A stretch of 64,000 nucleotides of DNA from Hamiltosporidium tvaerminnensis FI-OER-3-3 (GCA_022605425.2 CM061246.1:124001-188000); one strand, 5' to 3'; shown: positions 39,000 through 49,570, counted from the first letter of the stretch. Program-made: numbers and translations. The notes: generated by a model from the sequence alone, not told the origin.

Positions 39000-39731
39000 G
39001 GTGGAGGGAGGATAACCACATAAAAAACTTTCTGCTTGGCAATGAGTGTGTGAAACTGGTGTGAGGTCATTGTTTGGATTTTTGGTAGGAATACAACCAC
39101 ACTACATCTTCGGTTGTTCCATGGGAGTTGTTATGAGGAGGAGAGGTCTAAGAAATGGAGAAACTTTTTCTACAAATTTATTTGTAGTTTTTTATGTAAC
39201 CAGATTGCAGACCGCAGTTGAGCATGTAGGTAATTGCCGTGTAAAAGCATGGAAACCTAGCTTTGTTCACTCGATTTAGAAGACTTAGCGCCTGAGTGAT
39301 ATAAAAATAAAACCCTTTGAAGCCGGGAGAGCTAAGTAGCAGATTATACCTGTTGGTATGACATTGCACTGTCTAGGTGGACCCCATGTAAATCCCTGAA
39401 ATATATCTTAGCTAGAAGTTTTTCGGGTTCAGAAAGTGTAGAGTAAGTGGGAATGCTGCATAGTCTTGGGGGAGCCCAGGGGGGGCTTCGGCCTTCGATC
39501 ACACTCCATGCAACGGACATTAACGAACTCCGGGCAACTGCCTCGCCTATTAATTAGGTTCTACACACCTGGTAGATGAAAGGCTTTGGGACGTAGGTAT
39601 CGCAGGGGTTGCTGATGGAGTTTTGGGGTAGAAGTTATTTATGTTAAACCTAGAACTGCGTTAATGTCATGAAAACAAATATAACACTTGCCACTGTTTT
39701 AAAAAAGATGTGATGCTTTTAAATAAAGTCT
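39000..39731 (+). mobile_element. Family A reference copy with 11 bp TSD
   Basis: ttaggtgaaat at 38989-38999 and 39732-39742; no TIRs and no long ORF. Confidence 0.95.
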
Positions 39732-39881
39732 TTAGGTGAAATATTATATAATTTTCAATAACGAAAGCTAATTTCAAAACATCAATTTGATTAAACTGAT
39801 CATTTGATTTACAAACAGCTTTAGATATTCTAAATGATCAATTTTTTAAAAAAACGAACAAATAATTCTTTATAAGGTCTA

Positions 39882-40108
39882 ATTCATTCACGGCACTACA
39901 GCTCTGCACGAGCCTTGGCTTCCCTAGGCAATACCGCTTAGCTGTCTCTTTCCAGCGGGTTCGTTTACATTTTCGGGTTTCGTAACAAGGTGGTTTTAAA
40001 GGGTGAGTTGTTAGCTCTACGCCCAATCAGAGGGATTGGTTCCTTTTACTCACCTCTTAAGACAAGCAGAGAATACACCAAGCCAAATCTACCCCCGGAA
40101 TGGAGGAG
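39882..40108 (-). mobile_element. Family B copy
   Basis: attcattcacggcactacagc...gggtgagttgttagctctacgcccaa; degenerate TSD tataa(a)ggt. Confidence 0.85.
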
Positions 40109-41468
40109 AATATAAAGGTTTTATTAGAAAAAAGTAAACGATCAGAATCAAATTTCTTAGCATCAAACAAATCGAATGAAAGAAACTATAAGAGATAATG
40201 AGAAATAGGAGGGTCAAATTGATTTAAAAAACCATTAGAATTCAATCTTTAAAAAAATTACACTTTTAAAATAAATAATAAAAACCAATATATTCTACCA
40301 AAAAATAAAAAAATTCGAATTTTTACAATTAAATTAACTGATTAAAATATGTGTGAAGATTTTAGTACGTTTTAATACATGAATTAGTATTTTATTGTGT
40401 CTACCTAGATCATAAGACCTTTGTCAAAAATTGTAGATTTATGAGACGAATACTCTAGCTCATACTTGCTTTGATTTTTTCGTTTTTAAAATGTTTGATA
40501 CCTACAAATTTCATCAGATTTTTATATTTTTATGCTAGTTTTGGTACATTTTTTCACTAAAAAATCACGTAATTTCTATTTGCCTTTTTTTGTTCTCATC
40601 TTTATCCTCATGTAATTTACATTTTTAAGTGCATAATATAAAGTTACAAAATATTTATAAAAAATAATAAAACATTTAAATTTCGTTATAGCCTTTTATT
40701 TATGTGTATTTTAGCAAAGTAGGTCTATTGTGTTAAGAATATCCATATTATTAGAGTTAAAATACAGAAAAAGTGTCATATATAAAGGAATTGTAAAAAA
40801 CCCAGAGCGTAATATAGAACACGGGGATAAATAAAATAAATTATTCTCTCAAATCTTTCTTTAAATTTTTTATGCGCTGGAATTTTTTTTCTTTCAGTTC
40901 CTTTCTTTCTATTTTTATTTCTATTTTAATTTTTTCTCATTTTCATATATCATTTTATAGAATTTTTTATTTGCTTTTACATTTTCTTTCTTTATTTACT
41001 TTTTTATTCTTCCTTTTAATTTTCTTACTTTTTTGATTTTAGTTTGAACTATTTGTTTTTTTTATTAAAATCGTTTATTTCTTGCAATGTGTTGCTTTCC
41101 ACCTAAAACACTTGTGTTTACCATTAAAAAAAAACCAAATTGAATTTTTCCAGCCTTCATACGATGTATCCTTTGTAACGATCTACTAAAATATACTTTT
41201 AGCCAGGATAAAATTCATATGGAGAGAGACTCAGTTGCTGATAGGTTTTGTTTTTAAAAAGGAATAAAATAAATTTACCGCGTAGCTTTTAGTTAATTTC
41301 CGTTCAAATTCTATACCTTTCTCATAGAAACATTATTTTCTTCTTATATTAGCCTTATATTAACGGTATAAAATTTTTCAATGACTACTCCTCCATTTAG
41401 ATAATTCAGTTAAATTTAACTTTATATTTTTTTAAATTTGATTTTTTTTCATATCCAACTAAAATATA

Positions 41469-42199
41469 TCGATTTATAATTCCATTTATTAAGAAAATAT
41501 CACATCTTATTAGAAATTGGCATATGTTTTATTTGTATTCATAACATTAACCATTCTAGTTTTTGCCTAGATTATTTATCACACACAATACCCTGGTTAT
41601 CCCTTAGATACCAGCATTGGAAAGCTTTCCATCCTCATATGTATAGAACTCATTAAATGAGCGAGTTAGTTGCCTGAAGTTTGTTTAATGTATGTTATGA
41701 GGAGTTTGAACTCAACATGCCCGGATTTAAGCTTTCCTAAAACCAGAGTCATTCACACCCACTCTATACTCCAAGCTGAATGAACTTCGAGCTAAAATAT
41801 ATCTCGGCATTTAGACGGAGTCCACTTAAAGATTATAATGTCATACCAACAGGTGTAAGCTGCTATTTAGATTTTATCGCTTCTTAAAAATCCAATTTTT
41901 TGTATCTGCCACGCGATAGGCCTTCTAAAAAGAGTGAGAAAGGTTAGGTTTCCATGCTTTTACATAGCGATTACCTACAAGTTCTCTTGCGGTCTTCAGT
42001 TTAGTTACATAAAAAACTACAAAATAAATTTATAGAAAAAGTTTTGCCATTTCTTAGATCTTCTTTTTCTCATACAAATCACATGTATAACCGAAGCTGT
42101 AGTGTGTTTCTATTCCAACCAAAAATCCAAACAATGACCTCCCACCATTTCGCATACTCATCGCCAAGCAGAGAGTTTAAAATTTATATTCATCATTCC
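41469..42199 (-). mobile_element. Family A full-length copy with 16 bp TSD (1 mismatch)
   Basis: atccaactaaaatata at 41453-41468 and atccaaccaaaatata at 42200-42215. Confidence 0.88.
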
Positions 42200-42249
42200 A
42201 TCCAACCAAAATATAAGCTAATTTTAAATTTTAGAAAATAATTAAGGGG

Positions 42250-42455
42250 TTAAGAGAGGATAACCACATTAAAAACTATCTGGTTGGCAATGAGTGTGTG
42301 AAATTGCTGTGAAAATTATTGTTGACATTTTGGTGGGATATTAAACACGTTGGATCTATAGAACAATCCCCTACAATCCCTAATTAAAACATATTAAAAT
42401 GATTGGAAAATTCCCACTTGTTCATCTACTACACCGAAAGATAGAAGAGGAATGT
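42250..42455 (+). mobile_element. A' subfamily copy, head-to-head with the 41469-42199 copy
   Basis: gaggataaccacattaaaaactatctggttggcaatgagtgtgtgaaa then the same alternative body as 27235. Confidence 0.7.
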
Positions 42456-42640
42456 AATAAGTTAGCTTAGTATAAAATAATTGAGAATCCTTAAGAATCC
42501 GTAAGAATAATTTAAAATCATTAAACATAAAATTCCACACCCATCCTTTTAGCACCTACAACTTTTTTTCTTATAACCTTTTTAAAACATAAAAGAAATA
42601 AATATTAAAAGAAATACTCCATTAATTTAAAACCCCTTCC

Positions 42641-45600
42641 ATGAAAATATCTCCAACCTTTAAAAAACATATTTCTACTTTCTATCCATTAAACACCGAC
42701 ATATCCATACATATAAATACAATATATTCTATTTTAACAGACGACTTACCAAATAAACATCTACGCATTGAACAGTACATTTCACAACCCATCACACTAT
42801 CTGTATACACCACTCTCTACAATCTAGCACAAGAAAATCTAACACATACCGAATCACAAAATATTCTTTCTCACAATAAATCTGATTCTTCTTCAAATGA
42901 ACGATCAAACTCAAATTTTATTCCCAAAAACCCAAATAATTATTTATACCCAACTATAAACTCAAACAATTCTTTAAAGCCGAATATTTCTTTAAACCCA
43001 ACTATAAACTCAAACAATTCTTTAAACAAAACAATAAAATTACCGCCAAATTCCACAGTATTTCCATCAAAAAATTACCTTTCAATAAAAATACCACCAA
43101 ACCCAACCAAAATAGAACAACCTAACCCTATTCTAACAGATTCTAATTCATCACAATTGCTTAATTTACTTTACCAAGTCATGCCATCTTCATTCTCCTT
43201 AACACAGTTACAGAAAAGTGTTATACCATCTGTTCTTTCCAATAGAAATTCTCTTTTTATTTCTCCTACTTCTACAGGTAAAACTATAGTACTTCTACTT
43301 TTTCTATTACAAGAACACATATCACTAACCAATGGCAATAAAGATAGTAATAGCAATAAAGATAGTAATAGTAATAGCGATAGAGATTGTGATGGTAATA
43401 AATATAGTAATAGTACAAATACCAATCCTTATATTAACCCTAATGTTAACCCTAATATCAATACTAATCCTACTAATAAAAATCCTTGTATTAACCCTAA
43501 TACTAATACTAACAATCCTTATATTACTAACAATAATACTACATTTGTTCTTGTTGCACCGTTCAAAGCACTTATTCATCAACACTACAAATTTTTTAGT
43601 AAAATTTGTAATAAAATAGGTGTAAGAGTTATTGAAATAACAACTGACAGTGACATAAACAATACTAATATCTTTAATAGTTATAATTATAATAAAACAC
43701 ATAGAAATAATAATACGTTCTATAGTAATTCATCTTCTAATTCTAATCCTTTCATTTCTTCTGATACGTGCATAAAAAGAAATAATATTATTAAAGAAGT
43801 AGATCAATGCATAAACAGAACCGATAATGATTATATTGCTGATAGAGAGGGTTTTAGTAATAGAGAGTATATTACTAACCCTAACCCTAACCCTAATAAA
43901 TGCATAAACACTTTTAATACTAATACTAATACAAGTAGTAATTCTAACCCTACACCTAATAAATGCATAAACACTTTTAATACTAATACTAGATCTAACC
44001 CTACACCTAACCCTAATAAATGCATAAACAATACTAATCCATATACTAACCCTACACCTAACCCTAATAAATGCATAAACACTTCTACTCTTATAATAAC
44101 AACACCAGAGAAATTAGAAATATTAACGAGAAACAAAAATATATTTTATAATTTACTATTAATTGATGAAATACATATTATTTCATCTAAACGTGGTGTT
44201 TATTTAGAAAGTATAATATCTAGATTAATATATAATGGTATATCACGTATTGTAGGTGTAAGTGCTACTGTTAGTAATTGGAAAGATTTTTGTAATTTCT
44301 TACGTGTTGAAAAGAAGGATTGTTATGTTTATGATGAACGGTACCGACCTATTAAAATAGGATATGAGTTTGTAGAGACTAAGGGTGTTAATAACAGTAT
44401 AGATGATTATAGGGGTGTTAGTGACAAGAGTAGTAATATAAAGGGTGTTAGTGACAAGAGTAGTAATATAAAGGGTGTTAGTGACAAGAGTAGTAATATA
44501 AAGGGTGTTAGTGGCAAGAGTAGTAATATAAAGGGTGTTAGTGACAGTATAGATGATTATAAGGGTGTTAACACCAGTACTAATAAACAACAGGGTGTTA
44601 ATAACATACCTTATAAACAACACCCTTTTAATACTAACAATACCCTTTTAAACAACATACTTATAGAAATAACTTTAAAACATATAAATTGTAATTCTAT
44701 TCTTATTTTTACACATTCAAAAAAAGATACATATGATACTGCTTTATATATTATTAATAATAAAATACTAAATAATATACTTAATAAAGAAGATAGAAGT
44801 AAGACTGTTAATAGAGCATTGTTAATGTTTAACGTGGAAGAAGAAGTAAGTAATTATAAGGGTCTTAATAACAGTACTAGTAATTATAAGGGTCTTAATA
44901 ACAGTATTGGTAATTATCACCCCATTAACAACACTATCAATTATCACCCTCTTAACCACAGTACTAATTCTAATATAAGTCATTTATCTATTAACTGTAT
45001 AATACCCCTGTTATATATAGGAATAGGTATACATCACGGTGGGTTACAATCTAACGTAAGAAACCTTATAGAATATTTATTTAAGAAAGGTGTTATTTCT
45101 ATATTAGTAAGTACTTCTACATTAGCATGGGGTGTTAATTTACCTGCTTGGTGTGTTATTATTAAAGGGTGTTTATATAAAAACAGTAAAGAATTGAGTG
45201 ATGTAGAGGTTATGCAGATGTTTGGGCGGTGTGGAAGAACAGGATATGATAAGAGTGATAGTAATAATAATTATAGTAATGATATAAGTAGTAAGACAAA
45301 TAACAACAAAAATGAACCTAACCCTAGACTAACCCTAAATAAATGCATAAACAGTAATACTGCTAATAATAACACCCTATCCAACCCTAACCCTAGCCTA
45401 ACCCCAAATAAATGCATAAACAGTAATACTGCTAGTAATAACACCCTATCCAACCCTAACCCTAGCCTAACCCTAAATAGATGCATAAACAGTAATACTG
45501 CTAGTAATAACACCCATTCTAATCCTAACCCTACCCTAACCCTAAATGGATGCATAAACAGTAATACTACTAATAATAACACTATTAACACCAGTACTAC

Positions 45601-47554
45601 TAACAATATCCCTACTGCTATTCTTATTTCCAATACTAACATATATAAATACATATCTCTAATAACTAACACCTTACCTTTAATATCATATCTTAACACT
45701 TATTTTATAGACTTTTTTAATAGTCTTATATTTACAGGTGTTAATACTTATAATCAGTTACTTTTACATTTAAAAAATACTTTTTATTATTTTACTACTT
45801 ATAAGAAGGGTGTTAATTATAATAGTATAGTAGAAGAGGGTGTTAGGATATTAATAGAGTTAAAGTATGTTAAACAGTGTTATAATTATAAAGGGGAGGA
45901 TATAGAGAGAGTAGGGGGTGTTAATAACAGTATAGATTATTATAAGGGTGTTAATAATAAGGATAGTAATTATAAGGGTGTTAATAATCTATCTAATAAA
46001 CAACAGGGCGTTAATAAGAAGGATAGTAATTATAAGGGTGTTAATAATTTATCGAATAAACAACACCCCTTTAATACTGGTACTAATATACAACACCCCT
46101 TTAATAACAGTACTACTAAACAACACCCCTTTAATAACAGTACTACTAAACATCACCCTCTTAATAACAATACTATTAACAACACTGTGTTATTTCCTTT
46201 GGATAAATGTGTCTTATCTTGTAAATATTTTATATCTGTTAATGACTTTAACATATTATACAACAATCTAGAAATAGGTGTTTTAGAAGAGAATATTGTT
46301 ATTTACATATTAAGTAGATTATCCTTATTTAACGAGGAAGACAGTTTGGATGATAATTCTTACTCTTCTAATAATAGGGTTACCACTAATAACTCTAATA
46401 ATTCATATATTAGTAATCCTATTAATTACCCTTCTATTAATACTTCTATTAATACCTCTGTTAATAACACACTATCTGATAACCCTATTAATACCTCTAA
46501 TAATACCTCTTCTAATAATAATTCTATTAGTAATACCTATCCTAGTAATAATCCATTATCTGATAATACCTATCCTATTAATATTAATACATTAAATAAC
46601 CTTAGAGATACTCTCTATGGATTATCTTATATCTCTAAAACTATTAAAAATAATTTAATAAGAATACTTAGGTGTTGTTTAGATATTTGTATAACTAAAC
46701 ATATATTTAGTATTTTTAAAATTATTATACGATTTATACGATGTATTGAGTATAATTCTTTATATGGTAAATCAATACTTAGAAGTATTAATAACAGTAA
46801 TAATAGATATAATGGAGATAATATTAGTAGGGATAGAGATAGTAATAGGGATAGAGATAATATTAGGGATAGAGATAGTAATACTAGAGATAGTAATAGT
46901 CGGGATAGAGATAGTAGGGATAGAGATAGTAATAGTAGAGGTAACTTATATAGTAATAATCTATATGGTAATCTATATGGTAACAACTATAATAGTGTTA
47001 CTCTGGCTATAGAAAGACTGGAGAAACTTTGTATACCGTTTAGTGTTTTAAAAGAATTTACACTTAAAGATTTAAAAAGTGTATTACCTGTTGGTTATAA
47101 AGAAATATACTCATTGATATCTAAAGTACCTTGTTTTAAAGGGATAGTAAGGAGAGGTGAAAGAGGTAGGGACCATGATTATAAGGATTATAAAAATTAT
47201 AATAATGATTATAAGGATAATATGGATAGTAAGGATTATAATAGTCATATATTAACTAATAATAGTAATGATATATTAACGAGTAATGATTATTCTGTTT
47301 ATAGAGTATGTGTTACTCTGTACTATCGTAAGGATGAAGGTGTTTTTGAAAGTAGAAATACAGAAAATGTACATTTATGTGTAACAGATGGGTTGGATGT
47401 GTGTATGTTGGGTTATAAGTATTTAAGGCTTGTGGAAGGAGATAATTGGTGTGAGGTATGTGTTTTAAATGTTAAGTGTAGTGTTTTAAGGTTTGTTGTG
47501 TTATGTGATAGGTTTAATATTGAAGAGGAGATTTGTGATTTGGAGGTTTTATAA
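42641..47554 (+). CDS. BRR2: Ski2-like DExH helicase, Brr2-type, single cassette, with ~10 low-complexity inserts
   Basis: PTSTGKT, VAPFKAL, TTPEK, IDEIH, SAT, GIHHGGL, STSTLAWGVNLPA, QMFGRCGR. N-terminus resembles the Brr2 plug region and LPxxS..Y..I.IP. Slh1/Mer3 not excluded. Confidence 0.7.
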   Translation: MKISPTFKKHISTFYPLNTDISIHINTIYSILTDDLPNKHLRIEQYISQPITLSVYTTLYNLAQENLTHTESQNILSHNKSDSSSNERSNSNFIPKNPNNYLYPTINSNNSLKPNISLNPTINSNNSLNKTIKLPPNSTVFPSKNYLSIKIPPNPTKIEQPNPILTDSNSSQLLNLLYQVMPSSFSLTQLQKSVIPSVLSNRNSLFISPTSTGKTIVLLLFLLQEHISLTNGNKDSNSNKDSNSNSDRDCDGNKYSNSTNTNPYINPNVNPNINTNPTNKNPCINPNTNTNNPYITNNNTTFVLVAPFKALIHQHYKFFSKICNKIGVRVIEITTDSDINNTNIFNSYNYNKTHRNNNTFYSNSSSNSNPFISSDTCIKRNNIIKEVDQCINRTDNDYIADREGFSNREYITNPNPNPNKCINTFNTNTNTSSNSNPTPNKCINTFNTNTRSNPTPNPNKCINNTNPYTNPTPNPNKCINTSTLIITTPEKLEILTRNKNIFYNLLLIDEIHIISSKRGVYLESIISRLIYNGISRIVGVSATVSNWKDFCNFLRVEKKDCYVYDERYRPIKIGYEFVETKGVNNSIDDYRGVSDKSSNIKGVSDKSSNIKGVSDKSSNIKGVSGKSSNIKGVSDSIDDYKGVNTSTNKQQGVNNIPYKQHPFNTNNTLLNNILIEITLKHINCNSILIFTHSKKDTYDTALYIINNKILNNILNKEDRSKTVNRALLMFNVEEEVSNYKGLNNSTSNYKGLNNSIGNYHPINNTINYHPLNHSTNSNISHLSINCIIPLLYIGIGIHHGGLQSNVRNLIEYLFKKGVISILVSTSTLAWGVNLPAWCVIIKGCLYKNSKELSDVEVMQMFGRCGRTGYDKSDSNNNYSNDISSKTNNNKNEPNPRLTLNKCINSNTANNNTLSNPNPSLTPNKCINSNTASNNTLSNPNPSLTLNRCINSNTASNNTHSNPNPTLTLNGCINSNTTNNNTINTSTTNNIPTAILISNTNIYKYISLITNTLPLISYLNTYFIDFFNSLIFTGVNTYNQLLLHLKNTFYYFTTYKKGVNYNSIVEEGVRILIELKYVKQCYNYKGEDIERVGGVNNSIDYYKGVNNKDSNYKGVNNLSNKQQGVNKKDSNYKGVNNLSNKQHPFNTGTNIQHPFNNSTTKQHPFNNSTTKHHPLNNNTINNTVLFPLDKCVLSCKYFISVNDFNILYNNLEIGVLEENIVIYILSRLSLFNEEDSLDDNSYSSNNRVTTNNSNNSYISNPINYPSINTSINTSVNNTLSDNPINTSNNTSSNNNSISNTYPSNNPLSDNTYPININTLNNLRDTLYGLSYISKTIKNNLIRILRCCLDICITKHIFSIFKIIIRFIRCIEYNSLYGKSILRSINNSNNRYNGDNISRDRDSNRDRDNIRDRDSNTRDSNSRDRDSRDRDSNSRGNLYSNNLYGNLYGNNYNSVTLAIERLEKLCIPFSVLKEFTLKDLKSVLPVGYKEIYSLISKVPCFKGIVRRGERGRDHDYKDYKNYNNDYKDNMDSKDYNSHILTNNSNDILTSNDYSVYRVCVTLYYRKDEGVFESRNTENVHLCVTDGLDVCMLGYKYLRLVEGDNWCEVCVLNVKCSVLRFVVLCDRFNIEEEICDLEVL
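44411..44546 (+). repeat. Coding minisatellite, 30 bp unit (KGVSDKSSNI) x~4.5
   Basis: aagggtgttagtgacaagagtagtaatata repeated. Confidence 0.95.
45315..45590 (+). repeat. Coding minisatellite, 69 bp unit (NPNPSLTxNKCINSNTAxNNTLS) x4
   Basis: aaccctaaccctagcctaacccyaaataaatgcataaacagtaatactgct repeated. Confidence 0.92.
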
Positions 47555-47949
47555 GAAATATTATTTAAGAATTTGGTTGAAAATATATTATTTTATTGGA
47601 AATATAGTTAAGAATTATAGTTGTAAGAATTATGGTTGTAAGAAATATGGTTTTATGAGAAATATGATTCTTTAGGAAATATAGTTTTATGAGACAAGTT
47701 ATAAATGTAAGATTATGAAGGTAAAATTGTGATTATGAAGTACCTAGAATGTCTTTAAATGTGGAAATTTTGTATTAATTTGTTGTATTTATGATTTTGA
47801 AATATTTTTATTTGAAAATAAAGTTATAGATTTTTTTGTTGCTTTAAAATGTAAATCTTTAGAATAAATATGTATTTTGGATAATAAATTAATCAATGAT
47901 GTAATTAAATATAGTTAGATACTAATTTTATTGTTTTTAAAGATTATTT

Positions 47950-48560
47950 TATAAACTAAATCCGACTTCTTAGAGCTATAGCTTTTGAAGAGATTGAGTT
48001 TATTTAATGATTATAGTCTATGCTTCTTCTTAAAGTAATAGAAATTTCAATTGCCATGCATTAGAGTTGTTATGTTCTTTTCAGGTCATATAGTCATTTT
48101 TTTGCAATCTACTTTGTCCTCATATACCCTCAGATGCAGATCTACGAATTTAAATAACACATTTTTCGGTCCGATTTCTTTCTATACTTCCTAGCAGTTT
48201 AAATCTTTTTTTTTCATACTGTTGATCAAATTAGCTTCTTCATAATATTCATATACTTCATGATTCAATCTAATTCTTGACTTGTCATTATCCAATTCAA
48301 ACCATATATTCTTCTTAGTATCTTTCTTTCTTATATATTGGGGTGTTTTGTGCTTTTCCTCATAACTAATGTTTCGGAGGCATATGTACCGTAGGTCCAA
48401 GAATAGTTTTATAATTTTTTTTTCGTATTTCAATTTACCAGCTTTAGCTTCAGTAAGCGTTGCAGAGCAAAGTAGATCTTGTTGTCTGGTTTTATTCTTT
48501 TATGTGATTTTATTCTGAAGGGTCATTTGCATTTGTAGTCATTACTTTATCTTGCCATCG
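47950..48560 (-). mobile_element. Possible decayed N-terminal portion of an RLE LINE ORF
   Basis: NIWFELDNDKSRIRL resembles the N..FE.D.K.FYR.L segment upstream of R4-like RTs. Confidence 0.3.
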
Positions 48561-49037
48561 GAATACAACGGTTCGAAGTAAAAACTAAATATACAAAAAG
48601 AAGACAGTTTTAATAGAAAAATATAAATTAAATGTCTTGGAAATAATTCTGGTTTATATTGTATATATAAAAACCAAATGTATCTTGAATTTAAATTATA
48701 TGTAAGATTACTTAGAATTTTATTATAACAATTTGACTTCTTTAAGAAAATATAAATTGATGTAGAAGATTTATCAATTTATGAAAGTAAAAAACATTTC
48801 TAGCTTCTTATATAAAATTTTATCGTTAAATTATAGGTTTTCTATTTAAATATTATGATTTAAAATAGAGCGATAATGGTTTTGTCTTTAAACTCAGATA
48901 CATCATTTTTGCAGTTTTCCTAAATTTTTTCAATAAAACTAAATAAAATACCTTGTGGTAGATTTTTAAGCTTAATATTTTTTTAGTTTCATACTTTTTT
49001 ATATTTGAAGTTTTAGTACGATTTAGTAAGTTTTCTA

Positions 49038-49570
49038 TTTAATAAAATTCAGGGATAAAATATTTTTACCATTTTTATGTATTTTCCTCTACCTCTTTAA
49101 CCACATCTGTCTCTTATTCCAAATCCAACTCTTCATTTATGTTATTGATCGGCCCCTCCTTGTGAAATAAGGGGTGTAGAATTTTTTGGTTTTAAATTTT
49201 TTGCACCATCTTCCTCTCTCTTCGCTTCTTTTAAAGGGGGTGTTGGTTCCTCATGCATCTCTGATCTCATAATAAGACTCATCAACGCTCTCTCCCAGCT
49301 CTCTTCGGCATATAGTCCTGACTCAAGTCCTCTTCGTCGATCAAAGGAAATTGTTTCGACCGTCTTCTTAAGTACTATAGACTGAATGTATGCCTTTACA
49401 TTCATGTGTATTTCTAATCTTTTAAGATGAGATTTATTGTATTTTGTCACAATACCGTCCCAGGTCATCACATAAAGGATTATATCAACATTACACTTAT
49501 AAATAAGACCCAAATCATTGGCTAGCAGGTCATACTTCCTAAGTTTTTCAGTTTCAACTATTTTAAGTGA
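49038..49570 (-). mobile_element. Family C 5'-truncated copy
   Basis: Near-identical to 6950-7480; degenerate TSD acgatttagYaa at 49018 and 49571. Confidence 0.9.

Noticed and set aside
39001-39020. gtggagggaggataaccac resembles the P2/L1 part of a permuted twister ribozyme
   Set aside because: No P4/L4 (YYYAAGC) element nearby in any copy; only a short GTGG/CCAC hairpin is supported
39046-39369. Short ORFs within family A copies (also 14807, 15182, 17022-17465, 42044)
   Set aside because: Frames and stops are not conserved among copies; no protein motifs
39425-39470. gttcag...catagtct resembling group I intron R/S elements
   Set aside because: The GACUA strand of P7 is absent at the required position, and the element has TSDs in intergenic DNA
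44411-44546. CRISPR-like regular repeats
   Set aside because: Head-to-tail units without unique spacers, inside a eukaryotic ORF
43171-47012. Antisense and alternative-frame L/I/V-rich ORFs over BRR2
   Set aside because: By-products of low-complexity repeats
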